Below, in pieces: positions 12,424 to 24,700 of a stretch of DNA of 34,461 nucleotides. The notes under the pieces are model-generated. The model saw only the letters and a program-made list of their open reading frames with translations, was not told where the DNA came from and made no database searches. A program made the translations under genes and the position numbers. Origin of the DNA: Pelomyxa schiedti (taxonomy: Eukaryota > Protista > Evosea); the NCBI GenBank assembly GCA_020536535.1, contig JAHLWZ010000977.1, positions 1 through 34,461 on the forward strand, given 5' to 3'. Each line of letters opens with the position of its first letter. The stretch's first letter is position 1.

Positions 12424-12636
12424 CCCAACTAAGCTGAGTTTTGTTTTTTGTGAGAGTGGTCCAGTTCAACCTCTGTATCAGATCCGCATTCACTTGATGT
12501 GAGTGCCACCTTCTCCTCCTAGAGGTGCTTGGTGAATCCGTTCTCGAATCGGATCTCAGGGAATGATGGCTGTACCAAGTTGGTCTGTGGCACGGGAAAT
12601 TCCAAGATTGCTTTCCCCTGTCGAGTTACTATTGGG
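12424..12636 (+). ncRNA. Candidate structured ncRNA in the spacer between VPS4 and the HECT gene
   Basis: Collinear long stem tggt/acca, cagtt/ggctg, ctctg/caggg, agatccg(12480-12486)/cggatct(12550-12556), attcac/gtgaat, cacct/aggtg. Second hairpin ggcacgggaaa/tttcccctgtc (12589-12622). Most non-Watson-Crick pairs resolve as G-U on the + strand. Confidence 0.4.
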
Positions 12637-12764
12637 TGCCCATTACACACACAAGGAAGAAATAAAACAAATATTTGTTTGAACTAGGACTTAACAACGT
12701 GCCTTTGCGTGGTTGGGTTGTGGATATGAAATGTTGCCTACAGTGTATTGGTATTTCTTGTTGT

Positions 12765-15700
12765 TTATCTGTCTCCTTCGTCCGAGTTGCTGTCACTGCT
12801 GGCCTCGTTGTCGTCGCCGCTGGGCTCGTCCTCCTCCTGTTCATCTTCCTCCTCTTCTTCCTCCTCGTCGTCCACAAACTCGTCACTGCCGCCTGTGAAC
12901 CGGTTGAACCGGCGCCCTGGCTCCATGAACTGGTCCCCTCTGTGTGTAGTGTCCGCGTTCATGCTGTCAGAGTCTGAGTGTATTGCCAGGAGGAGTCTCT
13001 CCCTGTAGTGGGTTGGTGTGTTAGTGTTGGTTTTTGCGGGGGAGGGGAGGGTTACCGTAGGATTTCTTTGGAAGAGTACGCGGGTATGGTGAAGGCAAAG
13101 AAGCAGGTGTCCGCTTTAGGGAACATTGCATCTTGTTTCGCTTGGGCCTGGGCTTGTGCAGCTTCTTGGCGTGCTTGTGTACTGTCACTGCTATCGGAGG
13201 TTTGTGGTGATGAAGGCGGGGAGGCAGAGGCCGCGGCCAAGGCAGAAGTGGGAGCCGATGTTGTTGGGAAGGGCGTGGTAGACATAGGCTTCACCATCAA
13301 GCGGGTTTGGGTTCGAACAAAGTCAGCGTCATCCGAAGGAAGTCTTTCCTGGGCCCAAGTGAAGCGCAGGAACAAACGCAGGTCAGTTTGGGGGAGTTCC
13401 TCCAAAACCTCCCAGAACCATCTGATAACATCAGATTCACTGCTTATTAATGAGTTGTATTCTGTGTGTCTCTGTAATAAAAGGTTAAGTGGTTCCTGAA
13501 AGAAGATTGAAGCATGCCTTGAGAAGTGCAACATCGATAGCAGGTTGACCACACACTCTCCACTCAAGTTCCGCTGGAGTTAATATGCGGAGCAGTCGAT
13601 CCGGCAGAATATCCAACAAACCCTGAACAGTTATAAGATTGTAAATTCGTTTTGGGCTCATGTTGGACCTGGCGCATGGCTTGTGACTGCTGGGCGAATT
13701 CTTTTAATCTCACTTGCTCTACAAGTTGCAAATACTGCTTACGGTTTTCTGGGGTCAGGGCTATCATAGCACCCTGTGGCACGAGTTCTACTTGCGTCTT
13801 ATCAGACAAGACTGTAGTAAACAAATCATTTAGATCGGCGCATTCCTGGAGTTAGATTTAGAAGCGGTCGGTGGGTTACTAAATTACTTCATCACTGCAC
13901 TGCTTTACGTATTTAAGACCCTTTTCCAGGGACTCGTCTATTTCCCCAAAATCTTCTAAGGTAGCAGGGACATCGAGCTAAATGTGGGATTTAGATTTTC
14001 TTTGCAGCAGTTCGTTACTCACCAAAGATTTCCAAACGAATGCTGGCAAGTACAAAGAGAAGTAAATTCCTGTTCGCACAGCGATGCCCATCATCCTCCC
14101 CACTAGTCTGTACATCTCGAGATGCTCGGAGCTTGTGAAAGAAGGTCTTGGAATAAACTTCATATGTGTTGTTGGGCATGTTATGAACAGTGACGTTGAG
14201 TACTGCGTCTGGAGTTCTTGGGCCACTTCAGTGAAAAACTGTCTGTATGGGCCACCTAGATGTTGGTTATAACTATTCCGCAATTCAAGGTTGCTTTACC
14301 TTCACCCTCCACATTTTCACCTCTGAAGGTGAGTTTTATGGCTGTGTGGTGTTCTCCAGCAGGTTTTCGACACCTCAACAGGGCGGGGTGCGTATTTCGC
14401 AATTTGTTGAAAGCTGCCCTGAACATAGTGTAGCGAAGGGAAGGCTCCTCTCCTTCGGATGCCGCTGTTGTAGATTACTCCTGGAAAATTGTATGTACAA
14501 TGCAAACCTTTCGTTTTACTAGCAGCCAGTTTGAGCCTGTTGATTGCTAAAGCAGGTTGTGGGCATGTGCTTCCAGTTTTTTCCAGTACATCAAAGAAGA
14601 ATATGGTCTTGCTCTTAGGGAAGATGAGATTCCCACAAGAAAAGACTGCCGATGATAAATCACAGAAGGATTCAATTTGCTCTAATTTGCTCGATGTTGT
14701 TGAAGCTGCAGCAGAGGTTGGGGAGGCTAATGTAGAGGTGGTGAGCTTTGGTACGGAAGATGATGGCTGAAGCAGAGGGAAAACAGCAGTAACATAAGAG
14801 TTGAAGAGTTTCAACAGGGTGAAGCGGAATCGAGTGACGGGGATCGGTGCTTGAACTTTATGAAGGTCACCAACTGGAAAGAAACTTGTAAGAGGGAGTA
14901 AAAAGTAGTCTTATGAGATACATGAGGGTAAGAGCATGTCTGCCGGGAGTGATGTAGGAGAGGGAACTTCTTTTTCTTGGTATGTGCTTTCCACAATTTC
15001 AATCAAAAGACGATCTGTGGATCGCTCCCATTTACTCTGCGTTTTACCTCAGTGCGATGTTAAAAGTGAATTCCGCACCATGGCAGCTACGGCATCATCG
15101 ACAGACATAAAGTGGTCAGGGTACAGATGGAAGTCGAATCCAAGCTTGAAGAGTTCATCCATAGTTTCAACTGGGGCAACCATAGCACTGTTGATATAAA
15201 GTTGCTTGAATGAATTCAAGGGTATGCCAAAAGTCTCTGCACGGTATTTAAGAGGACAGAGAAAGAAGGAGTCTGTTACCAGGATTTTCTGCCAGCTGTT
15301 TCAAATCTTTGTCTTTGCGAATCACAGCCAATTCATCGTCGGTAAAATGTTTTCCTGCACCCGCAAGTTGCAATGCATCAAGTTCCTGAAGTGTGATCAT
15401 ACCCTGGCGGATTGTTAGGTTGTACTATACAAAACCGAGAAGGTTAAGTACCGGGAACTGCTTGCCGAATATGGAAAAGAGTGTTTCTAAAGCAGATGAT
15501 GCGGGTGAAGTGAGTTCTTTACTTCTGGTAATTAACTTCGACATGCAATACTACAAAGTGTGAGTAGAAGTAAACAGAAAGTAGAGCATACAGCGGAGAC
15601 TCTTGGATCGTTTGACTGCTCCAGATCTGGCCGGAACCTGGTCACCTTCAAGGTGCTGGAGTTATGAGGTTCCTTGGGCAAATATTAGATAGAGGGGAGG

Positions 15701-18700
15701 AGTATTGTATTACTCACGGGTAACTTGGTCTTGTTTATCTTCCTTACAACATCTTTAACCTTCTCAGAACATAGTACTTCAACGAAGGCGTAACTGTCAT
15801 TAGGGTTAAAACTAAAAAGGGGGCATTACAGGAAAACTTTTACCCCATGGTCTTGTGTGTGTCTGCATCTACCGGTAACCAGATACACTCGCGCCAGTCG
15901 GGCCCTCCCCATAGCTTGCAGTGTACTCGGAATATTTTGAAAAGTAGACCACCAATATCCCCTCGAGTTTTGTTAGTATGAAAGAAGTGAAAGAAGGGGA
16001 GCTACCAGCCGATTCCTCAGGAACTGTAGGTAAGCCTTCCACACAAACAATCCGCTCTTTTATAGTTTCCTGTACCATTATTACGGTTGGTTTCTTGACC
16101 AGTAACTCGTTACCTTTGTTGAGGCTTCATAACACTTCTTCCAAATCGGTAACATCTGTGGCGAGTCATGTGGTACCTTTCCGGAAAGATACTGCGCGAA
16201 GAAGTACAGTTCAGTGACTTCAGTGAACCAGGACGAGTTTGCAACTAAAGGGGATGAATGGAGGAGTATAAATCTTGTAGTATTACCCGACGAAAACGGT
16301 GCTTTTTGAGGCTTCAACCCTATCTTAATCCCAGCTGCGTGAAGGTTATGGAGTAAAAAAAAAAAAAAGGAGGAGCTTACTCATAGATTCTTTCAACGAA
16401 CTTGAAGATGGAGGGGGTGGAGGAGGTGGAGGAATGGAACTCTCTGCTGATGTAGGGGATGGTGTAGTTGTCTGTTCCTTTGGAAGAGATTCACTGACCT
16501 CAGTTTTCTTATCATCTTGTGGTACTACTGCTTCAGTTGGAGTCGAAACAACGGGAACAGTTGAAGGCGTCGTTGTATTAGACACCTGCGAAGCGTCCAC
16601 TTCCATAAGCTTTGGAACTTCCGGGATTTCCGCCTCCTTAGGAGAAGTTGTGTTGGCTGGTGAAGAGCCTGGTGTTGCAGCTGCAGATTCCTCCTGCGAG
16701 CTTGATGAGGAACTTGACTCCCCTACCGCCGGGGACTCCATGGTTTCTGGGCTGCTTGGTATATCTTGGGCATCCGGCGCCTTTTCGGGATCCTTTGTCT
16801 CCTTTGGTTCTTGGCTGTCATCCTTTGATTTTGGCTCCTCCACCTATTACACAAACTGGTAAAAACGAAGCCAAAATTTTCAAGGAACACACAGATTGAA
16901 GAGAGAGCGCAATTGCAAGAGCAAAATCATCATCCACGGGCTGCTCTGATCTGAATATTGGTCAAAATGAATAAAGTAAGACACGTGTACCAACCCTTCA
17001 TCAGCACCGTCCGGTTCTAGTTTCTCCACACTGTCTCGTAAGGTCTTGGTCAGGGCAACGGCAAGAGCAGTGTCATCTTGGTCCGGGGAGACCTTGACGC
17101 CAAACAAATTACTTGGCAATATGGGATCAGAGGTTTTTGGTGTGGAGGCAGCCAAAGCTGCTGAAGCAAGAGCTGCAGTGGTTGCCTCTGCAATTGACAT
17201 CTGCATTACAGTTGGTGATATGACTGATGACTGGGAGTCTGTCTTCTCTGTGGGTGTGGCAGGGGTTGGTGTGACGGGTGGAGGGGGAGTCAGAGAAGCT
17301 CTCACTTCCTCCGGTAACATGGACCACACTTGTTTGGAAATTAAAGCTAATTCTATAAGCGACTGGAAGTAGGTTGTGTGCAACCCAGGCCTTGTAACTC
17401 GGCGATCAGAGCCATACAGAGAGACCATTTCCTCACCTAGCCGATCCAGATGTTGAATTGGGAGAACATAATCTGGTGAAGTGTTGTAGATTAGTGCCTC
17501 TGGATTTTGCTGGGAAGAGTGGAACCTCTTGCGTTTGCAATCCGTAAAATCTTCTTGATCAAATTGAAGAAGATTTCCTTTGCTGGGAATGGCACTGAGG
17601 AAACATATACGTACTTCAGAGCCGCTGTGAATAATTCTTCACACACTTCGTGTATGTCAGTGAATTTTGCTGCATCATCGAGCAGAAGATCTGCAAGCCA
17701 TAGTGCCAATCCCACTTGGAATGTACTGGGGATACATGCCACTTTGTACCTTTATGAAGAGGGAAATGAGTAAATACTTGTAAGTGAGTGTTGTACTTCA
17801 GGTTTTCTGGGTTGTGATCTGTTTCCATTTTAATGAAAAGTGTGTTCGCGCGGAAGCGCAGAGGGAACAGCAAGTCTTTCTCCGTGTACCTGTGCAGCAG
17901 TTTGGTGCATATTTCATCCTTGAAAAAAATAAGAGTTGTGCTACTGGGAGTATTGGACATTACGCTGTAGATGGATAATTTAGCTTTATTTCCTGAAGAT
18001 AAAGTGCAGGTGCGGTCAAACACAACTGTGATTTCATTTGCATCGGGAAAGGACACTTGTTCAGCATTTAGGGCACCACCTGTGGGTGGAGATATCTGCT
18101 TTCAGTTAGACGAAGGCCAGTGTGAGCAAATCTCAATACCACCACTTTTGTCGCGGTCATGGTTGTTTCACGGTTTATTGTACTAACACATGCACCTAAA
18201 AGCAGCTTGGAAAAGGAGGTGTCGCTCTCCAAAATTGTCATGAGTTTCCCCTTGTGTAAATTAAACATTAAAACTAAGTTGGTTGGAAAACTATACCTTG
18301 AACAGAGAAAGAGGAGACGAACTTGGTGTCACCGAAGCTTGCACAGGTTCTGTGAGAGACTGCTGGGAATCAAGGAGCTCAAATGACACAAGCTTTAGCA
18401 AGGAAGGAAGTTCTAATGGAGGCAGGCACAGCTGTATGCGTGGATGGGCAACGAGTTGTAAAATCGCATTGCGTGAGTAGTGTGAGATTAAATTGCCATG
18501 CTCACTGATCACTGCAGTCCTATGTCAGTTCATATTATTAAATTTGGTGTACATTGCTGAATTGTCTGGCTCCTCGAAGAAAATTCATCATTCAGTGCCA
18601 CAGGTTCAAGGTGGGTAAGAGGATACCACCATTCAGTGGTCATTGCAGTTTCACTGTTGTGGAATTGAAGAAGAACAAGCTTCTCACGGGGTTCTAGGAA

Positions 18701-21700
18701 TTTAACAACACCTTGTTGCCCCAGTGTCTTTTGAAATAGAGTTAGTAATTCTTCAATATGTCTTACAGTGCTCACAGAAGACATTTCTTCCATCCACATG
18801 GGATGCGTGGGTAAACTGTCCACTAATGCTGTGGAAACAAGCACGGTTGCACCAGTTCGAGCCTGGAAGTGAAATGTTAGTTTTTTGTTTCAATGTAGTT
18901 CCATTGTACCTGGCTCAGCTTTATAGACTTTGTTGCAGCACCACTGGAGAAGCGCTTCTGAATTAATGGTACATAACTAAGATTCTCTGAAGTGAGTCGC
19001 AAAATAAGTCCCTTTGGCCACTGAGATAGGAAAAAACGAAACATTTTTGACATACAAGAACTTCGGCTTCCTTGCCAGCAGTCAACTTGTTCCTCAATAA
19101 CATCATATTCTCCTCCAGTTCGAAAGCAGGTCGGTTACTAGTTACGTAAGGCCCAACGTTACACATAAGATAACGCACTCGTGTTCCAGGAACATTCTGA
19201 TCTCAGGTAGACCTTCATCTTCCCACCAAGGATCGATCTTATTGATAATGGCGAACGCGGCAGACCTTACAATGTAAGTTTCAAAGAAACTGGGGAACTT
19301 GAGATAGGTACTCGTCATTAAAAGAGTACAAGTCGGCCAGTTGATATTTCCCACTCTCGGAAGGAGAAAACGAATCAAGACATTGCTGAAGCGTGATCTC
19401 AGGGGGAACTGAAGTGCTAGAGGTCTGTGGCTTATTCTGACTTTCTGAGGGTGGCTTGGTTTTTTCACCCGTTGTGTCGAATTCCTTGGCTTTCTAATGA
19501 GGAAGTTAGTGTTATGGGGGAGCAAATGGAAGGACCTCGTCATCATTTTTCTTCATCTCAGCCATGCACGCAGCCAAATCGTCATCAGAAACATTTCCTA
19601 TATGTTCAAGCATCTTCGGTTGTGAGAAAACGTTTTGCTAAAACAATTCGTACCCAGTTTCCAACCAAATCCAACATTGAGCCATTTTTTGGTTTTTCTG
19701 ACATAAAAGTGAGGGAATGGCTTTTTTCTCTATATATTTACCACTGAAGTTGAATCCAGAATTTATCAGAGCGAAGAGACATTGCTCCTTAGTAAACCTG
19801 TCTTTGTGAGTCCCATCAAGGAGAGGAGGGATGTACCCCATTCTCATTAGTTGTTGGCAGGCATCAGTCTGTGCCTTCTTTTCAGCCAGCCAGGCGGTTT
19901 TTTTCCTCTCAGCCTCCTCCCGGAGTTCTTTTTCAAGTCGGGCAATATCTTCTGCTTCTTTCTTTGCCTGTGCAACAGAATCTAAGACAACAGCACTGCC
20001 ACTTCCACTAACTTGATATCTACGGCGATTAGAGATTATGTTGGAAGGGCCGAACGTCCTACTTGAAGGGGCGACTTCCGAAGTTAACATTTGCGCGGAT
20101 TCCCCTACCAATCCCAATGGCAGGAACAAGTTTTGGCATTGAAGGTACATGCCTATGTTAATTAGAAGCAGGGTGGGTTGCGTAAAAACCAACTTGAAGG
20201 CTGGACCAAGAAGTTTTCCATCCTTTGTATAGGAAATGCACTTCTCCTTACTGGACCAGTGGCACCCAATCGTGCATTTAGAGGAAACGGGAACGCCGTA
20301 GTTTGATCTCTGTCGTTGACCATTAGAAAACCTGGGTGAAGTTACACATTGCCCTTGGTTCATGAAATAATACCAAGTTTTCTTGGCATCCCCTTGGAAT
20401 CGGTAACTGTTATTTCCCCACCCAGATGCACCTTCCGGACATAACCCAATGCTACAAACTGCATTATAAAAAAACAAAAAGAAGCACAACACATACTTCA
20501 AAATTGATGAAGTGTCGGCCACATCTAGAGTGACCTCGTAGTAGTAGTCACAGTCCATCGGTATTGGCACTGGGGACATCACCAGTGCTTCTGGATCACC
20601 AACACGGCCTGTTTTTCTACACAGATTATAAGGTCGGTGTTACTTGCATTGACATACACTCCAGAGTATTCAAACGAACAGAAGTCTTCACTCCTAAAAG
20701 TTACTCCCAGCAGCTTTCCACCATAACAGGACATTGGGAGGAGCTCATTCTTCTGGGGACAAATTGCATAAGGAAGAAGGGCTGACATCCCTTGCTCTTG
20801 ATAATCAACATGAAGTGGAGGTGAAAGCTCCCACATCCTTTCACTGAGGCACATGAGGGAATTTTCCAGCTCAGCAAGTTTTCTTCCTTCACATGGAAAA
20901 GTTCAGAAGAAGCCTCAACCGCAAAGCACTCTTACCTGGTGTTCCCTTCAGAGTACATTCCACAAGATGAGCAATATAAGAGGAATGCAGTTCACTTTCA
21001 AAGAGCATGTCTTGAACAGTCATATCCCTCAAAGCATTAGCAACTGCCCTTGTTGCATAAAGTTGTATTGTATGGACTGTGGCCAAGTCGATAACCTGAT
21101 TTGGATAGTGTTAGAGTACTTCCAGAGAGTTAAGGAAACACACAGCATTCTTATGAATATTCACAACCAAAAGCATAAGATGGTTGAGAATCTTTGGTGT
21201 CATGTGTAGCATGTCAGGCACAAAAGGGGTCTCTGGTGCCGGTTTAAGGTGGATTACATCCACTTCCTGGGAAATCTTGGAGGCATCTCCTTCAACAAGA
21301 ACTTGTGCTTTGGAACTACCAAAAGTGTAGTGTGTGACGACTCCTTAAAATGCTGTCAGGTTACGAAGGTTGAAAGGTTACCAACCTGTCTTGTTGTGCA
21401 GAGTTGCTGTTGGTTGGGAAATCACCACATGGCCACCCACTCGCAAAGTTTCCGCAAACCCACCACAAACTGCAAGTGCAGCAACCCCACGCTGAATTGA
21501 TTCTGCCTGTGTGTACTTGACATCTATTCCAGTCAGCATCTAACATACAGTAATTATTGGGTACCTGGAGTGATTTCTAACATTCCAGAGGTTATAAGAT
21601 TAGTGCATTCCGTGGACCATATGCCACCACCAATAGAAGATACTTTTTGAAGTGACAGAAGCATTCTTAACAAGCTAACACATTCACTGGCTACAGACAT

Positions 21701-24700
21701 CGCTGTTGAGCATCCATATCTTGGCTGTGCAGATTGGTAAAGCCCTTTTTCCTGACGGACATTGTTCCTCTGCAATTTGGCTTTTCTCAAATCAGTTGAG
21801 GTTTTGTCTGTGGCCTCAGTTGGTGCCGGAATGACAAGAACAGTTCCGGCATATCCTTGATCTGATACAAGAGCTTTCGCCATCTTGTCGCAGTCAGCTT
21901 TGCTGCCTGCTTTCAGAAGTTGTGGTCCCTACATTAATTAGCTCTACGAAAAGATGAAATCAAATAGGATGCCAACATGATCCAGGGATTCAATGAACTG
22001 CTTTGCCCAAATTTCGGCAAGTTGTCGTTTGTAGCTGGAATTTGTAGCTGCTGCAGCAGGTAAAAATGAATCCTGGGTCAGATTAGGTTTCTACCCACAC
22101 TCTTAGAAAAGGGGTTTACCAGAATTCCAGCAGTGTGGCAGACTTCCATCAGCTTTCTGGCATTGGAAGAAGAAGAGGAAGAACCGTACGAAATCAGGTA
22201 GAGGTGCCACTGTTGTGCAGCAGAAGGCTGATTGTCCTCATCCCCAGCAGTGCTCCCAGTCAGTTGAGATCGGTCGGTTTGATTTCCAGTGCTAACATTC
22301 GTAGTGACTGTTGGTGCAGCTGATACGTTTGCCATTTGCGTATCCTCTAGTGCAAAATGGGCCAATGATAAAAGATTGTTGGATAAATACCAGGAGCTGA
22401 AATCGGTAGCATGAGATGTACTCCAAGACATCCCAAAATGCCAGACATGACACTACGCATTTCTACCAAACTGATGTCAACCACTAGCCGTCGTAAGACC
22501 GTTTTAGTAAGTGGTACAAAACTCACAGAAAGGTAAAAACTGCTTGCACATGGAAAGAGCCAAGAGCTTTTGTCGGGGAGTGGAGGTGGCACTTGTAACA
22601 CTAAGTACAAGGCACCGGAAGTTGTCTATCTTACTCAGAGCCCTTTTGAATGGTAAGTTCAAAAAAAATAAAGAAATCTCTACCTTCTGGCAGCTTGAGT
22701 TGTGGCAAATAAGCGGAGAAGTAGCATTAAGTCGTAACATTGGGATTCTCTTTCATTTTCCTGATACAGAGACTGCTTCTGTTAGAAAATTTCAAAATAA
22801 AGTACTATACTTTCAGGGTTGAGCAAATCAAGTTGACAATGCTTGTTTGAAGCTGGAAGCCAACATCGTCTGTAGTTACAGTGGAAGTAGAATCAATGCA
22901 TGTGGCAGTTAACTTCCATGATGCTGCATTTGCACACAAATAACAGAAGACAATCCAGCATGCTTTTTCGAACTAGGCAGAAGATCAGGGAAAGGGAAAA
23001 ACCTGGGATATTTACAAGGCCTTGAGGTTTCTTAACAGCCAACTCAAGAAGCATATTAAAAACATCCAAGTTTTGGAGGAGGGTTGCGTCTTCCTTCACA
23101 AAGGCGGTACTACACAACCTTAGCATAAGTAACTTGGTGATACTATCTAAAATGTGTTAGGATTATAGTTCTGCTGTACTGCAAGTTTACCAGTTTCATC
23201 TTTCCGAAGACCAGTTGCAACTGTATGAAGAATACTATGGAAAATTGTTCTTGCCTGTGTGACAGCTTCATGCCCAGCAAGCTTAGAGCTGTAAGCAAAC
23301 GTGTTGAGTGGTCAGCAAAAAAAACCTGAATGTTGTCTAAAACATGTCCACCAAAAGCTAGAGGAGGCGAGATAGGACAAAGTATTTGGTGCTTGACACA
23401 GGAGAGACTACCCTGAGGTAAAAGAGAGGCAAGCTGTTGTAGTCCTATTGCTGTTAATATTTTCAACGTCTATGGGAGACTCAGTACCAATTAAGCGTCT
23501 GAACGCCCGCTTTGACTGGAAGCACAGGCAAGTGAATAGCTTTTCAACGTCAACTGAGCTTTTCAGGAAGACTGAAACGGCTTCCATAGGGTCGGTTTGT
23601 CTATGAACTTTGTCTGTATGGGCCTCAGATTGCCATTGTTTCCTTAAGTGATTGGTGGAGAGTAGAGACCACAACGAAGTTGTACCAGTTCTTGTAGGCT
23701 TCTAAGAGTGTTAGCATCCCACCCTCCTGTGACATTGAAGGGTCGTCTTCTTTTGTTTTGTGCTTATCCATATCGGGATCATCTTTAATTTTGTTTGTCC
23801 AGGAAAAATAAAGAATAAATTTTACATGTATTTGATCTCTTCACAGGGGCAGGAGTAGAATGTCTGATAGAATCAACTTCCATCCCATCCTGAGTATGTG
23901 AGGCTAGATTTGCAGACCTTATTTTTACTGAGCACAAATTGTGAGAAGGGGAAAATCCACCTCCTAAGAATATTGGTTGGCTTCACAACACGTTTAGAGG
24001 GCACCAGAGACAAGAGAAACTTGCATCGGCCAACAACAACTTGAGACACAGGTACGTAACTGTGATTGATCATCAACATGACAGAACGAAAAAAAGGGAG
24101 ACAAACGGTTTATGCTGTTCAATATCCTCCTGCAGAGTATTCCATAACCTAGTGATAGTTGCATTCTGGTCGAGACTAGAATACTCCACTCTCTTGATTT
24201 CACACATTTCTTTTAGTGTCTGTGGAACATTGGCGAACCTAAAGAATATTGTTGGTTATTGGGATAACAGAAGAGCATGCCTTTCAAAAAAGTCTTTCTT
24301 TGGCTCCTTATCATCTATTGACTGATTCCACTCTTTTTCCCGTTGTAGTGTGTATGCTACCCAACCAGTTATCTATGCACTGTTAACTGGATTAAGAAAA
24401 TTGGCAGTTCAACCTGTGACATCTTGGTCCCAACATCTGACAGTGACTTGATAAGGCGAGGTGGCAGTATTGCCGCAGGCGACCAGTCCCTGTGCCTAGA
24501 GAGTTCATCTGCAAGAATATCTTTGTGGTGGTGGATGAGTGTTGCTGCCACATGTCGTTCAACTTGTTCAATTTGCCTGTAGAAATGTAAATGGGCTTAG
24601 ATGGTGTAATATTGTATAGTACTTGGCAAGCCTGCTGTAGCGACTTCTACCGGAAGCATGTGCTTGCACCCATTGAAGGCAGGCCCCGCCTGTACCCTCA

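Noticed and set aside
12424-12620. Minus-strand ACAAAACTCAGCTTA resembling RNase P/MRP CR-V, with GGGGAAAGC upstream
   Set aside because: The upstream motif cannot form P4 with CUCAG, and the CR-IV-like ATAGTAA is in the wrong order.
22804-22818. ACTATACTTTCAGGG, matching the 5' box A' region of U3 snoRNA
   Set aside because: It is the antisense of a HECT exon/donor junction (GTATAG). No box A continuation or B/C/D boxes follow.
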